Source: Planctomycetota bacterium (GTDB taxonomy: Bacteria; Planctomycetota; UBA8108; SXIK01). Taken from it: a stretch of DNA of 64,000 nucleotides. Below, in pieces: positions 1 through 8,654 of this stretch (position 1 is its first letter; every line of letters begins with the position of its first letter). The position numbers and the translations under genes are program-made. The DNA is taken from contig CBDCXR010000004.1 of assembly GCA_965223845.1 (NCBI GenBank), positions 5,184,001-5,248,000 of the forward strand. Direction: 5' to 3'. The notes under the pieces are model-generated. The model was not told the DNA's origin, did no database searches, and saw only the letters and a list, made by a program, of their open reading frames with translations.

Positions 1-732
1 CGCCGTCCGAAGACGACTCTTTCCGTCGGAGAAGACCTTGCTGTGGTACCGCGCGACCTTCTTCTTGAGCGTTGCGGTCAAGTACGACTCATTGATCCGA
101 CTCAGCGACTCGAGCGCCTTCTTGTAGTCCCGATCGTTGATCAGCTTCCGCGCCTTGCTGAGGCGCTCCTCGACCTTCGGCGCGTAGGCTTGCTTCCGCG
201 CCGAAATCGCGCGCGCCACGGCGAGGCCCTTCAGACAGTCACGAGGCTCCGTGCAACGCTGCGTTTTGTAGAGAAGCGTGCCGTCGAGGTCGAGCGCCAA
301 CACGGAAGGCTTCTTCGAGTCGAGCTCGAAGCTCGCGTAGAGCTCGCGGCCGATACCGTGATCGCGGTTGAAGCGAAACGGAACCGCTCCGCCGCGCGCG
401 TACTTCACGAGGCGCGGGGACCGGAAGAGCGTACGCTCGTAGTTCGCCGCGCAACAATCCTTCCCGTCGCTCGGCGACACGAGAAGGACGAGGGCGACCT
501 TACCCTTCTCTTTGCGAGCCGCCTTCGCGATCTCCGAGATGCCCACCGCGTCAGAACGCCAGGCGAGCTGCTCGTTCTCCATGGGTGAGTACGGCGCCTG
601 ACCGCCGATACCACCGCCGCCGCCTCCGCTCCCACCCGGGGAGCCACCGCCGCCGCATCAGCTGCCGGAGAGGCTTTGCGGACTTAGCCAGAGGAAGAGG
701 AAGGACGCGAGGAGAAACCCCGTAACTCTCAT
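1..732 (-). CDS. Partial (runs off left edge) secreted thioredoxin-fold-like protein with an in-frame TGA at 658-660; candidate selenoprotein
   Basis: Manual translation: ATG at 732 with AGAGG upstream, MRVTGFLLASFLFLWLSPQSLSGS-TGA-CGGGGSPGGSGGGGGGIGGQAPYSPMENEQLAW...KGKVALVLLVSPSDGKDCCAANYERTLF...PSVLALDLDG..., open to base 1. Fallback start is ATG at 582. Fold assignment is by pattern only. Confidence 0.7.
628..644 (-). promoter_or_regulatory. Candidate bacterial SECIS hairpin
   Basis: GCUCCC-CGGGU-GGGAGC stem-loop whose G-rich loop lies ~20 nt 3' of the in-frame UGA. Confidence 0.45.
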
Positions 733-886
733 GGCTTGACCTCTTTAGATATGCGGATAGCCCCGGACGGATCCCCCTGCGGACGCGAGCGCCGCGGTCC
801 GGCGGGCGTGTCGCTCCAGAGCGACTCCATCGTTCTACTTCTCCCGCGCCGCCCAAGCAAGAAACGATCGGCGCGAAATGTTCGAT

Positions 887-2071
887 TCAGGGGCACGAGG
901 CTCGACAGCCGAGGAGCGGCCGATTCGGGACCCCGCAGCCCGGGTACGGCCGTGGCGGCGGGGATCCGCCGAGGAAGAGGAAGCGAAGGAGGAAGAGCCC
1001 GTCGACGAAATCCGCCCGCTCGTTCCCGTCGGCGTCGGCGGCAGCCGGACATTCCACGCCGGTCGCGAGGCCGAGCGAGCGGAGAATCACGCTCACCGCA
1101 TCGGCGATGCGGACGCCGCCATCGCCGTCGACGTCCCCCCGAACAAACCGCGGCGGCCAAGGAACCGTGGTGTCAGGTTCGATCGGCCTGCCCTCCGTCC
1201 TTTTCGGAACTTCTAGCCCGAGCGCGACGAGGATGGTGGGGAAGGTATCGGAGACTCTCACCGGCTCGGCGAGCTCCCGGTAACCGCCCCACTCTCCGCC
1301 AGCCGCGACCCACGGCACGGTCCTCACCTCGGCGACGGGATCGACGTGAGCGTGGCCGACTCCGCCGTGGTCGGAGGTGACGAAGACGGTCGTCTCGGCG
1401 AGATCGAGCACTGCGGTGGCCTTCGCGAGAAGCTGGTCCGTCTCCGCGACGGCCGACAGATACTCGGGCGACATCCACCCGTACCGGTGGCCGGTCGAGT
1501 CCGGCGCAGCGAAGTGGAGAAACGCGAGGTAGTTCGCTGCGCCGAGCGTTCGGAGGTCGTCCGTGAACGCCCTTGTCGCCTCCGCACCGCCCGGCGCGAT
1601 CAAGCACCGATCGAGGGAAGGGTGGCAGAGGAGATCGAGCTTTTCCTTCGTGAGGTAGGCGCGGGCCGAGAACCCCGCCGCCTGCGCCAGCGCGAGAACA
1701 GTACCTTCGATCGTGATGTCGCCCGCGTCGACCGCCTCGACGACTCCGTGTGTCTCTGGCGAGAGCCCGGTCAACATCGAAACGTGGTTCGGAATCGTGA
1801 ACGTGGGCTCGTGGTTCTGCGCGTTGAGCGTGTACGAACCTCGCTCGAGAAGAGTCCACAGAGCCGGCGTTCCGACGGCGCTCACGGCATCGGCCCGGAG
1901 CCCGTCGATCGACACGAGGAGCACGCTCTCCGCTCGCGCGTTCGCGTACAGGACGACGGCAGAGAAAAGGTAGCCCGCTACACCCAGCGCCGTCGGAGGC
2001 CGTGGTCGACGCACCAGAGGGCGCGGTGGGTGATTTCGAATCGGTAGCGATCGGCGAGCGCAGGAGGTCAT
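887..2071 (-). CDS. Alkaline phosphatase superfamily (nucleotide pyrophosphatase/phosphodiesterase-like) secreted enzyme with C-terminal dockerin-like domain; true start probably ~2014
   Basis: SIDGLR, T(I)PNHxSMLTG, PDxxGH, TSDHG metal-site motifs; C-terminal FVRGDVDGDG...C..AADADGN..DFVD..LFLGG..P.PYP.CG. Confidence 0.85.
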   Translation of the reverse strand: MTSCARRSLPIRNHPPRPLVRRPRPPTALGVAGYLFSAVVLYANARAESVLLVSIDGLRADAVSAVGTPALWTLLERGSYTLNAQNHEPTFTIPNHVSMLTGLSPETHGVVEAVDAGDITIEGTVLALAQAAGFSARAYLTKEKLDLLCHPSLDRCLIAPGGAEATRAFTDDLRTLGAANYLAFLHFAAPDSTGHRYGWMSPEYLSAVAETDQLLAKATAVLDLAETTVFVTSDHGGVGHAHVDPVAEVRTVPWVAAGGEWGGYRELAEPVRVSDTFPTILVALGLEVPKRTEGRPIEPDTTVPWPPRFVRGDVDGDGGVRIADAVSVILRSLGLATGVECPAAADADGNERADFVDGLFLLRFLFLGGSPPPRPYPGCGVPNRPLLGCRASCP

Positions 2072-2111
2072 TCGTCGGCGCGTCCGGAACGGAGGACGGG
2101 AGAAGACGGGG

Positions 2112-2197
2112 ACGAGAGAAAGAGTCGACTCCCGAGGAGCGGATCCGCCGGAGAGGGCGTTCAGCGGGTTCGCCGAGCTCGGGAGTCTTCTCCTCGT
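2112..2197. repeat. Long imperfect inverted repeat in a divergent intergenic region
   Basis: GACTCCCGAG (2127-2136) / CTCGGGAGTC (2178-2187) perfect; inner GCGGATCCGC / GCGGGTTCGC; outer ACGAG-AGAA / TTCT-C-CTCGT. Confidence 0.6.
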
Positions 2198-2495
2198 TCG
2201 TTTCGTGGCGTCGTCCGGAGGGAACCGGCGAACGACTCGGCCGTAAACGTAGCCCGAAGCGAATTGTCTTTCAAGATCTTTTTGTATTTTAAGAAATATC
2301 TGTCGGTCCGAACCTACCGTCGGGATCGAGAACGAACGCGCATCAAATCGATGGCGGTCTCGGCGACGGGCGGCCGATAGAGGAGGAACGGACGCCCCCC
2401 GCGCGAATCACGCCGCCGAGAGTAGATCGCGCTGCGTGGCCGGTAATCTTCGTGCCGGCGCGACGCCGGGCTCGGATCTCATCCCCTAGAACCAC

Positions 2496-3689
2496 ATGCC
2501 ACAGCACACAGCGAAAGCTCGAGCTGAACGACGGTCCTCGCGTCGCATCGCGCTTGCCATCACTTCACTCCTCCTCTGCGTCCACTCGTCCCGAGTCGAA
2601 GCCGACGAAGAGTCGATTCTGACCGACTCCTCCGTGATCGGGCAGAATTTCGGCTACCCGTCCGGCGATCCACTCTTCCCGTCGAGCGATTCGCCGGTGG
2701 GCGCGATCGAGCTCGGCGTCGAAGGCCTCTTCTTCTTCAAGAACCTCGAGCTCACCGATCTCGATCAGAACGGCATCGACGGCGAGACCTTCGTCGGCTT
2801 CCTCGCCCCGCTGCGACTTCGCTACCGAGTCCACGAGAAGGTCTTCATCGAAGCGGGCGCGGTCGTCGGACAGAACTACGGCGACGAGGACGAGCTCGAC
2901 ATCGCCGAGCCGCTCGCCCGGCTCGTGTTAGAACCCGTCGAGAAGTTCTTCATCATCGGCGGAACTCTCATCCCGACCCACGCGATCCACGACGCGCTCC
3001 TCGACGACATTCAGATCTTTCGCATCGGCGCCGAGCAGGGATTTCAGGCCCGCACCGACTGGGAGCGTTATCGAAGCGACACCTGGCTCAATTGGCGGGT
3101 GCGCGAGACGGACACCGATCCCGAAGAGTTCGAGGTCGGCCACGTGAGCAAGCTCCTCTTCGGCGGAGCCGAGCTCGACGGACAAGTCCTCTGGGCACAC
3201 GTCGGCGGTCAGCAGAACGCGTCCGATCGAGTCGAGAACAATCTGCAGATCCTCCTCGGCGGATCGTTCGGAATCGCGCTTTCGGATCTCATCGCGGATC
3301 TTCGCGCGCACGCACATTACCTGCACTCGTTCGACGAGTCTCGCGTGACGGACGATATTCACGGCGACGGCATCGAAGTTCGCGTGAGCGCGGATCTCGT
3401 TCCGATTCCCGAGCTCCTCGTTCGTCTTCACGCATCGTATTTTCGCGGCGACGACATCATTCCGCGCCGCGGCGATCCGCTCTACAGTCTCGACGAGTAC
3501 TCGCAGCTCGGCATCCATACCGTCTGGACGTTCGCGGCTGGAGTGCGAGTCGAAGGTGGACTCGTCGGTCAAGTCGGCGACGGTGAGCTCGTGAGCACCT
3601 ACTTCCTCAACTTCGTTTGGGGGAGAAACTTTCACGTCTTCACCTACGATCCCACTCGAAGAGCTCCCGAAGCGAACACGACGCCCTAG
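2496..3689 (+). CDS. Hypothetical secreted protein, probable outer-membrane beta-barrel
   Basis: Signal peptide (…LCVHSSRVEA), many alternating amphipathic beta-strand segments, aromatic-rich last strand (TYFLNFVWG). Confidence 0.6.
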   Translation: MPQHTAKARAERRSSRRIALAITSLLLCVHSSRVEADEESILTDSSVIGQNFGYPSGDPLFPSSDSPVGAIELGVEGLFFFKNLELTDLDQNGIDGETFVGFLAPLRLRYRVHEKVFIEAGAVVGQNYGDEDELDIAEPLARLVLEPVEKFFIIGGTLIPTHAIHDALLDDIQIFRIGAEQGFQARTDWERYRSDTWLNWRVRETDTDPEEFEVGHVSKLLFGGAELDGQVLWAHVGGQQNASDRVENNLQILLGGSFGIALSDLIADLRAHAHYLHSFDESRVTDDIHGDGIEVRVSADLVPIPELLVRLHASYFRGDDIIPRRGDPLYSLDEYSQLGIHTVWTFAAGVRVEGGLVGQVGDGELVSTYFLNFVWGRNFHVFTYDPTRRAPEANTTP

Positions 3690-4016
3690 CCTGGCCGCTC
3701 TCAACCCGTCCGGCGCGATCTCGCCGGTCCCGTGGGAGAAGAGAGTTAGCCAAATCGCTGCGTGATGCGCGCGTTACGGAAGCGAGCGCTCGCTCCCCTA
3801 CCGGTGTGCGTTCGCGATTGCTCCGCGATCGCGCGCAACGGTAGAATGGCCGCCTTGGGTCGAAACTCGAGGAAGCGGCCGGGCGCGACGGTCGTGTCGC
3901 GTCGTATTCGAGGCTCGCAAACGGTCGCGCGATGACGATCGCGGCAAGCGAGGATTCGCTAGCTAGATCCGCGCCGTCACCTCGGCGAACCGGAACGCGA
4001 CGTACGGAGTCCCTCT

Positions 4017-7000
4017 ATGTGCCGCCGCAGCGAAACGACGCAATCCGTCGCGCGATCGCTCTGGATCGCCGCCGCAATCGTCGCCCTCGCCGGCGGAGGC
4101 GCACGACTCGGCGCGCAAGACATTCCCGATGATCCGAACCCGCAGGGGTTCATTCTGACGTCGGGATACAACCTTCTCTTTCCGCTCGGGAATCCGTACG
4201 GATGCGACGGCGGGGGACAGAACAATCTCCTCCGCGCGTGGCTCGCGCCGCGCGCGCCGGAGACGGAAACGGCGCGGCCCGGCGACGAGTGGAATGACAT
4301 CGACTTCGGCGGCGCGGCCGCGGCTACCGGATTCGAGGCGTCCGAGTTCTACGCCGAACTCGGCGAATCGGGCGCGCCCGTTTGGCACAGTCTCTCGTCT
4401 CTGCAGAAGCTCGGTTCCAACCTGCCGCAGACTCCCCCCGCGCTCCCGAACGTCGACGGCGTCGGCTTTCAGCTTCTTCTCAACGAGTTGAACACCAATT
4501 GGGTTTCACAACTTCCCGGCACGCGCCGTCTGCCGACGGACAATGTGGTCGGTGCGGCGCAGACCTTCATCGAAAACAACCGGGAAGGAGTGATCTGCGC
4601 TTCGCTCTGCGTCGCGAGCGACGACTCGATCCAGATTTGGCTGAACGGCGTCCTCGTCCAAAACACGAGCGCGTGCCGCGGACTCGACCAAGGCTGCGCC
4701 GAGATCTCGCCGGTCGAGTTTCTGCCCGGGATGAACCGCCTCACCGTCCTCTGCTGGGAAGGTGTCGGCGATTGGAGCTTTCGGATCGCAGTTCGCGACG
4801 GCCAGGGACAGCTCCTCAGCAACAACAATCAGGACGAGCTCACCTTCCACGGTGCGGAGCCACCGCAGGGAAATATCGGGGGCGCGTTCTCCGTTCGACG
4901 AACGGTTGCGAATCCGGATTGCTGCCCGGCGGGCGAATTCGTTCGCGTCAGTTTGCGCGGAAGCGGACCGCGATCGGGCAACGTCACATTGATCGAAGAG
5001 TACAGCGGCGATCAGCCCGTCGAAGACGTAGCAAACGTGACCGCCGGCGGCGAAGTCATCTCTTTCGGTGAGAACGAAGGGTTCTTCATTCGCTGGACCG
5101 TCCCGGCGTCGACTCTCCGATCGACCGGTGTTCGCTACGATCTCAAGGTCACTCCCGGAGCGGAGGCCATCCCGGTCGGATTTCTCGAGCCGTGCTTCAC
5201 TCGCATCGTCGGTGAACCCATCGTGAAGGGAGCGCTTCCGAATTCGGGCCCGATCGGCATCCTCGACGACTCCCACGCGATCGGTCGCGCCACCGATCTC
5301 GCCGATGGGCTCGGCTCGCTCTCCTTCAGCGCTGGGCGCGACGGTGAGGTCGGCACCCCCGACGATCGGTACACCATGGTCGGGGCGGGCGCGGACATCT
5401 GGAACACCGGCGATTCGTTCCACTTCGGCTACCGCGAGCTCGAGGGCAACTTCCGCGTGCGAGTGCGCATCGCGAGCCGTGGATTTCCGCAATCCGGCGG
5501 CCGCTGGGGACGCTACGGGCTCATGGCCCGGCGCGACTGCGCGCCGAATTCGCAGTACTCCATGGTGCACGCGAATCTCGAAGCGGATCCCGGTCCGAAC
5601 GCCGACCATCCGCAGGGCGATGCTGTCTTCTGGCAGTTCCGCCGCGCCCATCGCACCGACGGCGGCAACGACAACGCTCAGTCGGTGTTCTTTCCCGATC
5701 CCGATGGAAACGGTCCGCTGCAGCTGAACCAGCCGAATTGGTTTCGCCTCGAGCGCCGCGGATCGACGTTTTTCGGCTACGCGTCGTTTGACGGTGACGA
5801 CTGGAAGCTCATCGGCTCGAACACTTGGCCCGACCTTGCAGCGGACGATGCGGTCCTCGTCGGCATCGCGTATTCGAAGCACAGCTCGGCATCGAACGCA
5901 GGGACCGTCGTCTTCTCGAACCTCGAGTACGGCGAGTCCGAGCGGGCGGAGATCTTCGACAACGATCGAAATCGCCCCGGTCGCGTCATCTTTCAAAACA
6001 ACTTCAATAATGTTGCCAACAACACGCTCCCGGCTCAGCTGCAGGGGAACTGCGCATTCAACTGCGACGGTGCCGGAGGCTTTCGTCCGCGAGTCATCAA
6101 CGGGCGCCTTCGCCTCACGCAAGAGGGCGTGGGCGACAATGCGACGAGCGTCTTTCTGCGGACGCCGCTCCCCGCCGACTCGGGGGCGCTCGTCATCGAG
6201 TACACCGCGTTCGCGAGGCACAGCGGGATCACCGGGCAGCCCGTGCTCGGCGATCCAAATCCCGCCGACGGAATGACGATGTCCGTGATCGCGGGGAACG
6301 ATCCCGGCCTCGTCGGCGACGGGGGCGGCGGTCTCGGCTACAACGGCATCGGACGCGGCTTCGATCGCGCTCGGCCGAGCCTATCGGTAGAAGCCGACAC
6401 GTGGGCGGGCGCATTCAACAACGAAGGGACCGGGGCGCCCGAGAACGACGGCACGTGGCATCTCGGCATCAACACCGGCGGGAATCTTCATTCGGTAGCG
6501 ATCAACAAGGATCCTCTCCCCGATCTCTTCGCGCCCGAAGGTGTGCGCCACCGCGTCGTGATCACGTCGGAAGGAAAGGTCTCCGTATTCCTTCTCGGCG
6601 ACGGACGAGCGGGCGGAGTCGACGACGGCGAGCCCGCCGCCGAAGCGACGGTCGAGCCGCTCGGAGCGAGCGGCGAGATGGAGGCGGTCGTCGGGTTTAC
6701 CGGCGCAACGGGCGGAGCGTCGCAGACGTCGGAAATCGACGACGTCACCGTGACCGTGCTCGAGTGCGACGACAATCCCGAGCGAGCCGAGATCGACGGC
6801 CCCGCAGCCGCCGACCCCGGAGACGAGATCCGCCTCGACGCGAGGCGCTCGACCGCGGGCGCGGGCGACGCCGACGAGACTCTCACCTACAACTGGACGG
6901 CAGTTCGAAACGTCACCATCCTCTCCGATCCGACGCTCCCGGAGATCACGGCGCGCGTCGGCGACGGCGAGGTCATCGTGCGCGTCGAGGTCGACGACGG

Positions 7001-7316
7001 CCACTGCCGGAACTCCGACGTCGAAGAGTTCATGCTCGACACGTCGGGCGGCGACGAGAACAACTGGGTTTCCTACGACCTAAACGGCGACGGTCTCTTC
7101 GACATCTCCGACCCGGCCTGGCACTTCAACTTCCTCTTCGGGACGGGAGGCGCCCCGCGGTGCCAAGAAGCAGCAGATTTCAATCTCGATGGGGAACGAA
7201 ACATCGCCGACCCCATCGCTGCGCTCAACTTCCTCTTCGGCAGAGGCTTCGCGCCGCGGCGCGGGCTCGGGTGTCAGAGCTATCCGACGTGCGGGGCGGG
7301 CGCGGGTTGCCCGTAG
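4017..7316 (+). CDS. Large secreted multi-beta-sandwich protein (PA14/galactose-binding-like, ConA-like, legume-lectin-like, PKD-like) with C-terminal dockerin-like domain
   Basis: Signal peptide; SDDSIQIWLNG; GAGADIWNTGDSFHF...GLMAR; RLRLT...ADG...VEADTW...VGFTGATGG; YDLNGDG.FDISD...ADFNLDG..NIAD tail. Confidence 0.8.
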   Translation: MCRRSETTQSVARSLWIAAAIVALAGGGARLGAQDIPDDPNPQGFILTSGYNLLFPLGNPYGCDGGGQNNLLRAWLAPRAPETETARPGDEWNDIDFGGAAAATGFEASEFYAELGESGAPVWHSLSSLQKLGSNLPQTPPALPNVDGVGFQLLLNELNTNWVSQLPGTRRLPTDNVVGAAQTFIENNREGVICASLCVASDDSIQIWLNGVLVQNTSACRGLDQGCAEISPVEFLPGMNRLTVLCWEGVGDWSFRIAVRDGQGQLLSNNNQDELTFHGAEPPQGNIGGAFSVRRTVANPDCCPAGEFVRVSLRGSGPRSGNVTLIEEYSGDQPVEDVANVTAGGEVISFGENEGFFIRWTVPASTLRSTGVRYDLKVTPGAEAIPVGFLEPCFTRIVGEPIVKGALPNSGPIGILDDSHAIGRATDLADGLGSLSFSAGRDGEVGTPDDRYTMVGAGADIWNTGDSFHFGYRELEGNFRVRVRIASRGFPQSGGRWGRYGLMARRDCAPNSQYSMVHANLEADPGPNADHPQGDAVFWQFRRAHRTDGGNDNAQSVFFPDPDGNGPLQLNQPNWFRLERRGSTFFGYASFDGDDWKLIGSNTWPDLAADDAVLVGIAYSKHSSASNAGTVVFSNLEYGESERAEIFDNDRNRPGRVIFQNNFNNVANNTLPAQLQGNCAFNCDGAGGFRPRVINGRLRLTQEGVGDNATSVFLRTPLPADSGALVIEYTAFARHSGITGQPVLGDPNPADGMTMSVIAGNDPGLVGDGGGGLGYNGIGRGFDRARPSLSVEADTWAGAFNNEGTGAPENDGTWHLGINTGGNLHSVAINKDPLPDLFAPEGVRHRVVITSEGKVSVFLLGDGRAGGVDDGEPAAEATVEPLGASGEMEAVVGFTGATGGASQTSEIDDVTVTVLECDDNPERAEIDGPAAADPGDEIRLDARRSTAGAGDADETLTYNWTAVRNVTILSDPTLPEITARVGDGEVIVRVEVDDGHCRNSDVEEFMLDTSGGDENNWVSYDLNGDGLFDISDPAWHFNFLFGTGGAPRCQEAADFNLDGERNIADPIAALNFLFGRGFAPRRGLGCQSYPTCGAGAGCP

Positions 7317-7569
7317 CCGGAGGGCGCACAACAAACGAGGCTTCCGGTTGTCCCCGCGGAGGATCGCCGCGAAAAAACTTGCGAGGAATGCGCTCGGCGT
7401 CGAGGTCTTGAACCGCCTCGCCGAGCGGAATGCGTTGTCGCGCTTGGCTTCAACGCCGCAGAATCTGGTGCGGCCGCGGGATTCGCCGGGCCACCGTGCT
7501 TCCCGCCACCCAGCTTCGAAACGAGCGGATACGAGATCGTCCGCGGAGGAAAGAGAACGCACTACGTCG

Positions 7570-8127
7570 ATGTTGACTCAGGCCAACATAGTCGCAATCT
7601 ACGACCTACTCGCGTTCAGCTCAGTGCCGCTCGGCTTCTTTTTTCGTGAGGATTCTCAGGCCGCACTCAACCTTCCCGACCCGATCCCGTCTCCTCGCGA
7701 AGTCGTGCCGTTCTTTTCTGAGGCCATCACCTCCGGACTGATGGTACTGAGGGACAGAGACAGCAATGAGCTGAAGAACGATCCCCCCAGGGGACCGACG
7801 GTTGATTACACTCGATGCGCGGAGCTCACATCCAAAGGCGGGCAACTCTGGGAACGACGCTGCCCGTACGATTGGGATTCTCACGTAACTCGTTCGTATT
7901 CGGGAGCGGAAAGCCACTGGGCGCTGAACCATCTCTGCGTTTCGCTTGAGTGTCTTTGGGAAGTTCGACTATCGCTCTTTTCAGGTATTTCTCATCGGGA
8001 ATACAGAAAGATCTCTATTGGAGCCGTTGAAAAGCGCGGGCCATCGCCCATTACCTATTGGAAGTCTATGGACTGCTGGGGGTTTAGCATCACGTGGGAT
8101 AAGGATCTCGGTCCCTATTTCATCTAG
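7570..8127 (+). CDS. Hypothetical protein (lower GC than flanks)
   Basis: 3' part of ORF 7189..8127 from MLTQANIV reads as a real protein; the 5' extension is Arg-rich shadow sequence. Confidence 0.5.
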   Translation: MLTQANIVAIYDLLAFSSVPLGFFFREDSQAALNLPDPIPSPREVVPFFSEAITSGLMVLRDRDSNELKNDPPRGPTVDYTRCAELTSKGGQLWERRCPYDWDSHVTRSYSGAESHWALNHLCVSLECLWEVRLSLFSGISHREYRKISIGAVEKRGPSPITYWKSMDCWGFSITWDKDLGPYFI

Positions 8128-8186
8128 CCTCGGCAGATCAGTGGTCGCCCCGATTCGTGAGCGCGCCGAAATGGCAAGAGCCACGA

Positions 8187-8224
8187 ACGAACTTGAGTTC
8201 GGACGAACTTGAGTTCGGACGAAC
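8187..8224. repeat. Tandem 16-bp repeat ACGAACTTGAGTTCGG x2.4, each unit palindromic (CGAAC-N4-GTTCG)
   Basis: Copies at 8187-8202 and 8203-8218, partial at 8219-8224. Confidence 0.85.
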
Positions 8225-8232
8225 GTGACAAC

Positions 8233-8620
8233 GATGCATCGGCGGAAGATCCATCGAGCCGCAGTGCTTCTCGCCGTGACGGCGATCATGTTCGGTCCCT
8301 TCTTCCTCCGATCCTGCAACCCTGGTGGTCTCTCGGAATCACTCTGGGTGCTCGCGTTCGGAGAAGACACGGAGTACGCGCCGGGATACTCCAACTACAA
8401 TTTCTCCCGAGTGCGAGTCGGCATGTCCGGTGCCGAAGTAAAAGCACTGCTCGGGCCGCCTCTGTCGGTGCGAACTGATCCCTACGCGCTGCGCCACGGA
8501 GGCGATTTCGCGTGGGCGTACACTCGATCCCCGGGATACACCGACTACAGATTGAGATTGATCGTTTTCGATCTATACCGAGGAGTCCGAAGAAAAGAGG
8601 CCAGCTTTTGGGGTGACTAG
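8233..8620 (+). CDS. Small membrane-anchored protein with a BamE/SmpA-OmlA-like domain
   Basis: N-terminal TM; FSRVRVGMSGAEVKALLGPP...WAY motif. Confidence 0.65.
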
Positions 8621-8654
8621 CTCTTCCCGCGAGGAGCCGGCGCCGACCGAGAGA

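Noticed and set aside
43-588. 181-aa + strand ORF in the track
   Set aside because: Antisense shadow of the minus-strand gene at 1-732, which has an RBS, signal peptide and natural composition.
2208-2230. GTCCGGAGGGAACCGGC resembling the SRP RNA domain IV loop
   Set aside because: Lacks the conserved CAGG/AGCA internal loop and a flanking long helix in register.
3915-3955. GCAAA-stem-GCGA-stem-GCAAG resembling a c-di-GMP-I riboswitch
   Set aside because: The second stem and conserved junction nucleotides are not there; likely chance in GC-rich DNA.
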